From positions 928,001 through 992,000 of the forward strand of contig CAVYJM010000006.1 of the NCBI GenBank assembly GCA_963768855.1: a DNA stretch of 64,000 nucleotides. Direction: 5' to 3'. This DNA is from an uncultured Thermoplasmata archaeon. Lineage in GTDB: Archaea > Thermoplasmatota > Thermoplasmata > RBG-16-68-12. The notes beneath the pieces were generated by a model, which saw only the letters and a list, made by a program, of their open reading frames with translations, was not told the DNA's origin and ran no database searches. Positions 26,101-33,550 of the stretch are shown here, piece after piece. Position 1 is the first letter of the stretch; every line of letters starts with the position of its first letter. A program made the translations under genes and the position numbers.

Positions 26101-26302
26101 CCTGCGGCGGACGAAACCGGACGACGCGGCCCGCCTGGCCGTGGCGGACGAGCTGTCCATGTTCTCGGAGAACGCGGACTTCGCGCGGGCCGAGCTCCGT
26201 TGCCGAGTCGATGTCTTCCGCGCCGACGACGCGGCGCGCTGGGATCCCGCGAAGAAGGCGGAGCACGCCGTGCCGGGACGACCCGCCATCTACGTGGAGT
26301 GA
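23111..26302 (+). CDS. leuS: Leucine--tRNA ligase (archaeal type), with a possible 95-aa Arg/Lys-rich N-terminal extension (alternative GTG start at 23396)
   Basis: PYPYMSGYQHMG (HIGH-like), CP1 editing domain GTGIVTSVPSDAPDD, IESLSDSTIYMAYYT, GKDL, KMSKSKGN. Confidence 0.95.
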   Translation: MAKRSRGTPSRRRPRPARRKGARPRKDRTRARVPVTKRSKKAPKPRRTTLPRRPSKRTRVRARARPVTRKVRRRSPRRTSGKIAPPARPRRRVAPVAHPRDLDFRSIEQKWQDAWSQAGLFEATAAPGKPKWYSNVPYPYMSGYQHMGFGVSFLRAEFQSRFRRMRGYNVLHPQAFHCTGLPILGAAKRVAEGEPGQLKILEQMGVPASEVPAFADPLHWIEVFPQATIEDLKGLGAAVDWRRSFITTELNPPYDAFVRWQFRRLRDGGYVKIDKHPVIWCPKDQAPIGDHDRLEGEGVTPQAFTLLKFPLADGRILVAATIRPETVFGQTNIWVDPAAEYLVAAVDGERWILNESAAAKLGEQGKKVTREATLRGADLVGQEGIAPMINRAVPVLPGAFIDQGRGTGIVTSVPSDAPDDYVALREVQGDDALLERYGLDKDRIRSIEPFPIIKTPGWGPLPAKEIVERMGITSQRDKDRLAAAKAEVYKSGFYQGVMNEQCGSYAGMRVEIAKEEIRKELLANRLADTMYEPSAEVVCRCTTRAIVKVVEDQWFLAYGDAAWKTRAHEGLAKMTLYPDSIRKQFDYVIDWLQDWACSHHKGLGTKLPWDDHWVIESLSDSTIYMAYYTIAHVLQGGKLRSEVPWAARLDDAFFDYVFLGLGDAASVASRLGLAAEDVDRLRGEFTYWYPFELRNTGKDLLQNHMTFCLFNHVAVFPPELWPRGFGVNGWVLMAGMKMSKSKGNTVYIRDALKDWGADTVRATVANAGDGVDDPNLEKEFAASIRARLRDWHAYATGPHETRSERRTIDAWFLSVLNRTIASTTAAMESMSYKAALRIGYFDLQAAWSWYLRRCGGRPHAEVLTRFLEVQTKILAPFTPHVCEEIWQRMGREGFVSSAVYPTPDAPEIDPAAEAAEALLQSTLGDVREILKVTGLKPRRIALYVAPAWKARVRALAIELARAGPVPMNVLMETVLAEPGMRERARDVAAYAKRVADDLRRTKPDDAARLAVADELSMFSENADFARAELRCRVDVFRADDAARWDPAKKAEHAVPGRPAIYVE

Positions 26303-26307
26303 GCCCC

Positions 26308-26802
26308 GTGAAGATCCCCAAGGCGACGGAACCGGAGGCTCCCCCGTTCAAGCGCAAGCGCGGACCGCCGCCGCAGGCCACGAAGCTCCTCATCGCCTCG
26401 CTGGGCGCGGGGCTCGTGTTCATGGCCCTCCTGGCCATCGTCTTCGTCCCGCGCTACCTGGAGAACCTGAACCCGGCGCCGTCCACGCTCCTCACGCTCC
26501 AGCTGAACACGACCGCGGGAGCGCCCCGGATCGACGTGACGTTTGCCCTGTATGACCTCGACCTGTCCAAGTTCAACGCATCCCTGACGCGCGACAACGG
26601 GACGATCGCCTCCCTTCCTGCCGGCCTCGGCGGGACAGATGCCGGCTTGAACTTCACGGACACGAACCGGGACGGCAAGCTGGACGCGGGCGACTTCTTC
26701 ACGCTTCCCGCGGGACCCCAGGCCAACTACCGCTTCGAGGTCTGGCAGGTCGACGTGGACCATCGCGTCGGGCTCCTCGCGTGGACGGGCGCTCCCGGGT
26801 GA
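26308..26802 (+). CDS. Single-pass membrane protein with an EF-hand-like Ca-binding loop
   Basis: GTG start 26308; one TM helix; DTNRDGKLDAGD motif. Confidence 0.7.
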   Translation: MKIPKATEPEAPPFKRKRGPPPQATKLLIASLGAGLVFMALLAIVFVPRYLENLNPAPSTLLTLQLNTTAGAPRIDVTFALYDLDLSKFNASLTRDNGTIASLPAGLGGTDAGLNFTDTNRDGKLDAGDFFTLPAGPQANYRFEVWQVDVDHRVGLLAWTGAPG

Positions 26803-26851
26803 GGTCGCCCGTCGGAATCCTTATCTAACGGCGCACATTAGGCCGCGCCGC

Positions 26852-26987
26852 GGGCCTGTAGCTTAGCTAGGTAGAGCGATCGGCTCTTATCGCCGCGCCT
26901 GTCGGACCGTCGAGAGACACCGATAGGTCAAGGGTTCGAACCGGCTGCGGGCATCTCCCCGCCGCCCCGGAAATCCCTTCAGGCCCG
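26852..26987 (+). tRNA. tRNA-Lys(CTT) with two introns: 37/38 (26890-26918) and T-loop ~59/60 (26941-26973)
   Basis: GGGCCTG/CAGGCCC acceptor stem; ATCGG-CTCTTA|A-CCGAT; AAGGG-TTCGAA|T-CCCTT; removing 29+33 nt gives a 74-nt cloverleaf; TTATCT box about 30 nt upstream. Confidence 0.92.
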
Positions 26988-27082
26988 CTCTCCTTTTGTC
27001 GCCGGGAACTGCCCGCCCTCGCCATGAGGCAACTCTCAAGAACGCAGAAGGCCATGAGACGGGCGGTCGTGGAGGGTTGGAC

Positions 27083-27288
27083 TTGAGCGCATCCGTTTCG
27101 GAGAACGCCTGCCTTCGCTGCGGTGGGCGGCTGCAATCGATGGGGTCGAACAGTTCCGGGTGGGGGGCACGAGCGGCGGCTGGAAGCTCTTGTTCGGGGA
27201 GTGGGCCGAGCTGGGCGAGCAGATGCTGCCTCTCGAGCTCCTCGCCTGCGGAAGCTGCCGGCGGGTCGAGGTCCGCGCGCCGCGGTGA
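27083..27288 (+). pseudogene. Small Zn-ribbon protein with a 1-nt deletion in the G run at 27142-27145
   Basis: GGAGG then TTG; CLRC...MG, and in the shifted frame VEQFRVGGTSGGWKLLFGEWAELGE...CGSC; adding one G gives 68 aa with two CxxC. Confidence 0.65.
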
Positions 27289-27298
27289 CGGCGTCGGG

Positions 27299-27649
27299 TC
27301 AGGAAAGCCGCCGGCCACAGTACGGGCACAGAAGGGAATCGGACAGGATGCCCCGGCCGCAAGCGGGACAGGTGCCGAAACCGCCGGGCGCAGCCCGGGC
27401 GCGAACGGTTGCAGAATGGGCAGCGATGAAGATGATCGCCGCGACCACTACGCCGGAGAGGATCGTAATCCCGGCGTCCGGGCGGAATCCGCCGGTCGTC
27501 CAGTCGAACGAGAGGATCACGCTGAGCCCGACGATGAAGGACACGATCGTCATCACCATGCTCGCCCTCTGCTCGGCGCCGCGGATCGATCGCGGCCGGG
27601 TCGTCATCCCCGTCTGCCGCGACGGCAAGGGCGCGCTCGGTCCCGACAT
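27299..27649 (-). CDS. Membrane protein with a C-terminal Zn ribbon
   Basis: Two TM helices then CPACG...CPYCG; start codon uncertain. Confidence 0.7.
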   Translation of the reverse strand: MSGPSAPLPSRQTGMTTRPRSIRGAEQRASMVMTIVSFIVGLSVILSFDWTTGGFRPDAGITILSGVVVAAIIFIAAHSATVRARAAPGGFGTCPACGRGILSDSLLCPYCGRRLS

Positions 27650-27745
27650 CCCCCTCACCCAGGCGTGCATCACCGGGAGTCCACTTAGCGCTTCGCATTC
27701 CCCGCGAAGCTTCATCTGGGCCGGGGCCATGGCCGGCGCACCACC

Positions 27746-28513
27746 ATGGCGAGGAACTTGTATTTCATCGGCACCGCGGGCAGCGGCAAGTCGACGATGG
27801 TCTACGCGTTCCAGCTCTGGATGAACTCCCAAGGCCTCGACTGCGTGACCGTGAACCTGGACCCCGGGGCGGAGACGCTCGGCTACACAGCGGACATCGA
27901 CGTCCGCGATTGGGTCGACCTCGGGAAGCTGATGGAGGAGCAGGACCTCGGCCCGAACGGCGCGCAGGTCGCGGCGGCGGACATGCTCGCCCTGAACGCG
28001 AAGGAGATCGCGGATGTCCTGGAGACCTTCGAGACGAACTACTTCCTGATCGACACGCCTGGGCAGATCGAGCTCTTCACCTTCCGCTCCTCCGGTCCCG
28101 CCATCATCGACGCCTTCGGCCGCGAGGATTCCGCGTTCATCTACCTGAACGACCCGAACCTCGTGCGCACCGCCTCGGGATTCGTGTCCGCCGTCCTCCT
28201 GAGCGCGATCGTCCAGTTCCGCCACTCGCTGCCGTTCATCAATGTGCTGAGCAAGGCGGACCTCCTTCCCGAGGGCGAGCTCGAGCAGGTCGTGAAGTGG
28301 TCCCTGGACCCGTTCGCCCTCTACGAGGCTCTGTTCGCGGACGCGGCCACGCCGAAGACCCTCCTCGACGTCGAGTTCCTCAAGAGCATGGAGACGATCG
28401 GCGTGTACCGTCGGCTGCACCCCGTCTCCTCGGAGCTGACCTTCGGATTCGAGGAGATCTACAATCAGGTGCAGCAGGTGTTCGAGGGCGGCGAGGACCT
28501 GAGCAAGGACTGA
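27746..28513 (+). CDS. GPN-loop GTPase
   Basis: GTAGSGKST, NLDPG, LGPNGA, DTPGQIELF, NVLSKADL. Confidence 0.95.
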   Translation: MARNLYFIGTAGSGKSTMVYAFQLWMNSQGLDCVTVNLDPGAETLGYTADIDVRDWVDLGKLMEEQDLGPNGAQVAAADMLALNAKEIADVLETFETNYFLIDTPGQIELFTFRSSGPAIIDAFGREDSAFIYLNDPNLVRTASGFVSAVLLSAIVQFRHSLPFINVLSKADLLPEGELEQVVKWSLDPFALYEALFADAATPKTLLDVEFLKSMETIGVYRRLHPVSSELTFGFEEIYNQVQQVFEGGEDLSKD

Positions 28514-28551
28514 GATCCACTTCATCGATCGCCGCGGGCCTTCCGGCCGTA

Positions 28552-29739
28552 TCACACGAGGAGGCCTTTGAACCCCTGGAGGGCGTCGGGGCACCGTTCG
28601 AGGACGACCTGCACGATCGCCTTCGCGCTGATGTCCTTGATTCCGGACTCCGCGACCGCGCGGACGATCCGGTTCATCGAGGCGTCGTCCGTCCTCTGGA
28701 GGCCCTCTTTGATCAGGTAGTGCCGGGCCAGCTCCTCCTCCATCCGCGCCCGCCATCGTCGCTCGTACCCGAGGAGGCCCGCCTCGCTCGGGTCCTTGGA
28801 CTGGACCGCCGCCGCGGCGGCCTCCCCGGCCCAGCGCCCGGAGAGGAGGCCGTTCAGGATTCCCGCACCCGAGATCGGATCGATGAGCCGGGCCGCATCT
28901 CCGGCGAGCATGAGTCCCGACGCCACGCTCTTGGCAACCGGAAGGGAGGCGCTCACGCCCCCGGCGACCTCCTCGATTACTTCGCCCCGCGCGAGCTCCG
29001 GATGGCGGGCGATGAAAGCGTCGAGGTAGTCCTTGACCTCCGCACGATCATGGAGCTTCGCGAGGCACGCACCGATCCCCACGTTCGCGAGGTCGTTCCC
29101 CTTCGAGAAGACCCAGGCGTAGCCTCCTGGGGCCTGCGTCCCAAGGTGGAAGTCGAACGTGTCCTTGTCGATGTCGACCCCCGCCAGGGTGTACTGGAGG
29201 CACGAGACGACGTCCCGCATCCGGAGGCGCGTCGTGAGGCCGGCCCAGCGGCCGATCTGGCTCTCGAACCCGTCCGCGCCGATGACCACCGTGGCTCGCA
29301 CGTCGAACGACTCGGCCATGTGCTGGCACCGCGCCCCGACAATGCGGCCGTCCTCCTGCAGTAGCTCTGTGGCGCTCGTCTTGATCCGAATCTCCGCGCC
29401 GGCCTTGGCCGCGTCCTTGGCCAGGAAGCGGTCGAAGAGGTCCCGTTCGACGACGTACCCGCTCTTCCCCGCCCCGAGGGAGTCGAACGAGATGCACGTG
29501 CCATCTGGGGAGAAGACGCGGGACCGGTTGACCTCGTGCGCGATGAAGCCGGGGCTTGCCTCGACCCCCGCCTCCGCGAGCCAGTGCTTCCCCACGCCTT
29601 CACCGCACCGGACGGGCGTGCCGATCTCCTGGCGCTTCTCGATCATCAGGGTGCGTGCGCCGCCGACTGCCGCGTATTTCGCGGCCATGCTGCCCGCCGG
29701 CCCGGCGCCCACGACGAGCACGTCCACATCGAGATCCAT
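28552..29739 (-). CDS. Geranylgeranyl reductase (digeranylgeranylglycerophospholipid reductase family)
   Basis: VVGAGPAGS, PVRCGE, ADGFES, APGGYAWVF, LAGDAARLIDPISGAGI. Confidence 0.92.
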   Translation of the reverse strand: MDLDVDVLVVGAGPAGSMAAKYAAVGGARTLMIEKRQEIGTPVRCGEGVGKHWLAEAGVEASPGFIAHEVNRSRVFSPDGTCISFDSLGAGKSGYVVERDLFDRFLAKDAAKAGAEIRIKTSATELLQEDGRIVGARCQHMAESFDVRATVVIGADGFESQIGRWAGLTTRLRMRDVVSCLQYTLAGVDIDKDTFDFHLGTQAPGGYAWVFSKGNDLANVGIGACLAKLHDRAEVKDYLDAFIARHPELARGEVIEEVAGGVSASLPVAKSVASGLMLAGDAARLIDPISGAGILNGLLSGRWAGEAAAAAVQSKDPSEAGLLGYERRWRARMEEELARHYLIKEGLQRTDDASMNRIVRAVAESGIKDISAKAIVQVVLERCPDALQGFKGLLV

Positions 29740-29837
29740 GTCTGCCGCACAGAACGCGGGGCGGGGCATGAGGCTTTGGGGCGCGGACGGAAAAAAAGAG
29801 TGAGGGAGCGGGAGGGCGGACTCCCGCCCATGAGCGT

Positions 29838-30926
29838 TTAGTCGTCGAGGAGAACGAGCAGCGTCCCGGTCATCGTCTGGTGTCCGTCGCCGCAGGGGTT
29901 CGTGCAGTACCAAATGAAGGCGCCGGCCGTGGGAACCGTGAAGGTAATCAGGGTCGCCGTCGGCGTGATGTCCCCCGTGACGTTGTCCTGGCTTGCCGCC
30001 GGGAGGACTTGGTTCACTCCGATCGCGTCGATCGCGAACCCGTGGTCCATCGTATCCTCGTTGTACACCGTGATCTTGACCGTGTCTCCCGCATGCGCGA
30101 CGAGCTCATCCGGCACGAAGGAGTCCCAGCCCGCGCCGCGGAAGTCCGGGACGACGGTGACCTGGAGGCTGACCGTCGCCGGCACGTACCCGCTCGACTT
30201 GCCGACGCCTCCGGTGACGAGCAAGGCTACCGCGGCCCCCGAGAGGATCAGGGCCGAGATCGCCAGGTAGGCGACCGCTTTGTTCGCGTTCGCGGCTCCG
30301 GGGACACGTTTCTTGGACACGTTCTTGTCGGATTCTTGTTCTTCCATGCTCTCCGTCTCCTCTGACTCGAATGCGTCGTCCTCAGGTCGGGATCCCGCGC
30401 CCCGGATGCCGAGGATCAGATAGCCGATGAAGCCGTACGTCGCCCAGACTCCGCCGATCACGGCGACGATTACGAGCACGATGAGGCGGTCCGCGGGGAC
30501 TGCCGGGGGCGGCGGGGTGTACGCGGCGAGGACCGTGAGGGACAACGTCGTGTTGCTGGGGGCGTAACTCCCATCCCCGGCGTACGACACGACGATCGAA
30601 TACGTCCCGTTCGCTACGGGCGCGAATCGCACGCCGCCTTCGCCGAGGGCGTTCGTCGTGACGTTCCCGAGGAGGAGCCATCCGAAGGTCGTCTTCTCCG
30701 TGAAGCTGAGGTTGGCCCCGCCAACGGGCTGGCTCGTGGCCGTGTCCCGAATCGATGCGACGAGCGTGGTTTCGATTCCGGCGACGAGCGCAGACGGGGT
30801 CACGGCCTGGATGCTCGTCGGGTCCACCGCGGCAGGGGCGCTGGGCGCAGGCCCTGAGGCCGCGACGGCGGGTGCCGTCGCGAGGATGACGAGCAGGACG
30901 GCGGCCGCCACGAGGAGCGCCTTCAT
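29838..30926 (-). CDS. Signal peptide + Ig-like domain + two TM helices + CuA-type cupredoxin domain
   Basis: Ig-like GTYSIVVSYAGDGSYAPS; C-terminal DHGF...WYCTNPCGDGHQTMTG matching the H...CxxxCxxxHxxM CuA ligand set. Confidence 0.82.
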   Translation of the reverse strand: MKALLVAAAVLLVILATAPAVAASGPAPSAPAAVDPTSIQAVTPSALVAGIETTLVASIRDTATSQPVGGANLSFTEKTTFGWLLLGNVTTNALGEGGVRFAPVANGTYSIVVSYAGDGSYAPSNTTLSLTVLAAYTPPPPAVPADRLIVLVIVAVIGGVWATYGFIGYLILGIRGAGSRPEDDAFESEETESMEEQESDKNVSKKRVPGAANANKAVAYLAISALILSGAAVALLVTGGVGKSSGYVPATVSLQVTVVPDFRGAGWDSFVPDELVAHAGDTVKITVYNEDTMDHGFAIDAIGVNQVLPAASQDNVTGDITPTATLITFTVPTAGAFIWYCTNPCGDGHQTMTGTLLVLLDD

Positions 30927-32236
30927 TGGGCCACCTCCTCTCCGGCGGGCTCCGGGGTCGGCTGCTTCGCGGGAACCTCCTCGGACACCTCCCAGATGCT
31001 GACCAGGGGGAACACCTTCGAGAACAGCGCGTACAGGAGGACGAACCCGGCGATTGCGCCAGCGGTGATGGACCACTCGACCCACGTCGGGCTGTACGTG
31101 CCCCAGGCGACAGGCATCTGCGGCGTCGCCATGGCAGGCACGACGATCAGGAGGCGCTCGAACCACATCCCGACGTTGACGCAGACCGCCGCGACGACGA
31201 GCCAGGCGATGCTCTTCACGCGGGTGAAGGCGAGGATGAAGACGGGCACGAGGAACCCGCCGACGACCATGCCCCAGAACATGTAGGCATAGGGGCCGAA
31301 GGCGAGGGACGCGAGCCAGGCGTTGTCCGAGCTCTCGGACCCGTACGCCGCGGTCAGGTACTCACTCAGGGTGAAGTAGATCAGGATCAGCTCGAGGGCG
31401 AGCATCATCAGGCCCAGGTTCCGGAAGTGCAGCGGCTTGATCCAGCGCTCGAGGTGGTACGCCTTCCGGAACACGGCCATCGCGAGGATGATCGTCGCGA
31501 TTCCGGACAGGATCGCACCCACGACGAAGTATGGGCCGAAGATCGTGCTGTGCCAGCCCACGCGGAGGGTCATCCCGAAGATCCACGAGACGACCGTGTG
31601 GACGCTGACCGCAATCGGGATGATGAGGATCGCCATGATCGCGATCCCGCGCTTTAGCCGCCGGCGCTGGCCCGGGCTGCTGCGCCACTTCATCGCCAGG
31701 AAGCCGTACAGGCGGCGCTGAAGGCGGTTGCCGACCTGCTTCTCCTTCAGGGCGGCGAGGTCCGGGATCAGCGGGAGGTAGAGGTAGAGGAGGCTGCCCG
31801 TGAGATACGTGGCGATCGACATCAGGTCCCAGAGGATCGGGGACTGGATCCTCCCGTAGAGGAGCAGGTTCGCGATCCGGTCGGGACCGCCGAGGTCGAT
31901 GAGCGGGAACAGGGCGCCGATCGAGATCGCGATGACCGTGATGGACTCCGCCATCCGGGTGATCGGCTTGCGCCATTCCGCCCCGCTGACCCGCAGGATG
32001 GCGGAGATCAGGGTGCCCGCGTGGCTCACGCCGATGAAGAAGACAAAGTCGGAGATGTAGAGGCCCCAGCTCACGTAGTTGTTCATCCCCGTCACGCCGA
32101 GGCCCGTCGTGAACTGCACGTAGTACGCGTACAGGCCCAGTCCGACGACGACTGCGAGGGGCGCGACGAGGGCGTAGAACCGCCAGGTCGTCTTCCGCAG
32201 CGGGGACACGAGCCGGTTGAAATCGGCGTCTTCCAT
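30923..32236 (-). CDS. NrfD/PsrC-family quinol-interacting membrane subunit (ActC-like)
   Basis: WGLYISDFVFFIGVSHAGTLISAIL, RMAE, SPILWD, LPLIPD, VHTVVSW, GWHSTIFGPYFVVGAILSG. Confidence 0.92.
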   Translation of the reverse strand: MEDADFNRLVSPLRKTTWRFYALVAPLAVVVGLGLYAYYVQFTTGLGVTGMNNYVSWGLYISDFVFFIGVSHAGTLISAILRVSGAEWRKPITRMAESITVIAISIGALFPLIDLGGPDRIANLLLYGRIQSPILWDLMSIATYLTGSLLYLYLPLIPDLAALKEKQVGNRLQRRLYGFLAMKWRSSPGQRRRLKRGIAIMAILIIPIAVSVHTVVSWIFGMTLRVGWHSTIFGPYFVVGAILSGIATIILAMAVFRKAYHLERWIKPLHFRNLGLMMLALELILIYFTLSEYLTAAYGSESSDNAWLASLAFGPYAYMFWGMVVGGFLVPVFILAFTRVKSIAWLVVAAVCVNVGMWFERLLIVVPAMATPQMPVAWGTYSPTWVEWSITAGAIAGFVLLYALFSKVFPLVSIWEVSEEVPAKQPTPEPAGEEVAQ

Positions 32237-32240
32237 CGTC

Positions 32241-33050
32241 TCACCTCCGGGCGGGCAAGTAGTAGACCCGGGGGTCCGTGCCCAGCTCCTCTTTCCATCG
32301 GAATCCCGCCTGGCTCTGGAGCGTCGCGCGGAAGGGCAGGGTCTCGCCCATTCCGTTCGTCACGGCGTCCTCATTCTCGTTGCCGAAGTAGATCGCGCCC
32401 ATCGGGCAGCCCGTCGCGCACTCGGGGAGCTGTCCCTGGCGGGCGTTGTGCGCGCAGAACATGCACTTCATCGCGACGCCCTTGTGGGTCGGCCACGGCT
32501 CCTCCGGGGAGTAGGGGTGGGCGAGGGCCTCCGCAGGGTACGTGGGCTCCGTCCAGTTGAACGAGCGCGCGTTGTACGGGCACGCGGCGAGGCAGTAGCG
32601 GCACCCGATGCACCGCGTGTGGTCCACGAGGACCGTGCCGTCCGGGTCGACGTACGTCGCGCCGACGGGGCAGACCTTCACGCACGGCGCGTTGCGGCAG
32701 TTGAAGCAGGGGCGCGGGAGGTGATACGTCCCGCCCGTCTCGTCCTGGACCGTGTAGACCTGGATCCATTGCTGGTTGAACGGGACGTAGTGGGCCTGCT
32801 GGCAGGCGAGGGTGCACTTCCCGCAGCCGTCGCACTTCTTCAGGTCGATCAGCATGACCCAGCTGTCCGCCGCGGACCCCCTCAACCGCGGGTCCGACGA
32901 GGCCGGGACGATCTTGTCCGCCAGGAACTTGGATCCGAAGGCGAGGATCGCCACGGCCCCCGCCCCGATGCCGGCCATCTTCAGGAACTTGCGACGGTCC
33001 ATCGACCGGTCCGACGAGCCCTTACCGCCTTGCTGGATTTGCTCCGCCAT
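32241..33050 (-). CDS. Tat-exported 4x[4Fe-4S] ferredoxin subunit (NrfC/DsrO/ActB Fe-S domain-like)
   Basis: DRRKFLK Tat motif; CDGCGKCTLAC, CFNCRNAPCVKVCP, CIGCRYCLAACPY, KCMFC...CATGCP; GTDPRVYYL. Confidence 0.93.
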   Translation of the reverse strand: MAEQIQQGGKGSSDRSMDRRKFLKMAGIGAGAVAILAFGSKFLADKIVPASSDPRLRGSAADSWVMLIDLKKCDGCGKCTLACQQAHYVPFNQQWIQVYTVQDETGGTYHLPRPCFNCRNAPCVKVCPVGATYVDPDGTVLVDHTRCIGCRYCLAACPYNARSFNWTEPTYPAEALAHPYSPEEPWPTHKGVAMKCMFCAHNARQGQLPECATGCPMGAIYFGNENEDAVTNGMGETLPFRATLQSQAGFRWKEELGTDPRVYYLPARR

Positions 33051-33159
33051 GTCTCTTCCCCTCATGGCCTTCCTACGAGCGTAGTACTACTGATGCCGGA
33101 CTCGGCCGGTGCGAATATGTACGCGACGCGCCCAAAATACGTATTGTGCTTGTAGGCTC

Positions 33160-33169
33160 TACAAGTGTA
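33160..33169. promoter_or_regulatory. TACAAGTGTA: BlaI/MecI/CopY-type operator (TACA-N2-TGTA)
   Basis: Exact consensus 24 nt upstream of the BlaI-like gene; variant TACGAGCGTA at 33074-33083 upstream of the divergent Fe-S gene. Confidence 0.7.
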
Positions 33170-33193
33170 CGGGGTGCGCCTCCGTAGATACGT

Positions 33194-33550
33194 ATGCTCG
33201 GGAGTCTCGAGAGCGACGTCGTGGCCGTCCTGCAGGAGTTGAAGGAGGCGACCACACGGCAGGTCCTGGACGGGGTGAACCGCCGGGGCCATCCGGTCGC
33301 GTACACGACCGTGAGCACGATCCTGACCCGCCTCCATGCGAAGGGCGTGATCGACCGCCGCAGCGAGCCGTTCAAGGGCGGCGAGCGCTACCGGTACGCG
33401 TACAAGGACATCGAGGAGGCCTACCTGGACAGCCTCCTGAGTGGGCTCGTGAACGTGTTCGGCCGCCCCGGGGTCACGCACCTTGCGGAGAAGATCGAGC
33501 ACCTGGATGACGACAAGATCCGCCAGCTCCGCGAGCGCTTGAAGGCATGA
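33194..33550 (+). CDS. BlaI/MecI/CopY-family winged-helix repressor
   Basis: LGSLESDVVAVL...ATTRQV...VAYTTVSTILTRLHAKGVIDR. Confidence 0.92.
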   Translation: MLGSLESDVVAVLQELKEATTRQVLDGVNRRGHPVAYTTVSTILTRLHAKGVIDRRSEPFKGGERYRYAYKDIEEAYLDSLLSGLVNVFGRPGVTHLAEKIEHLDDDKIRQLRERLKA

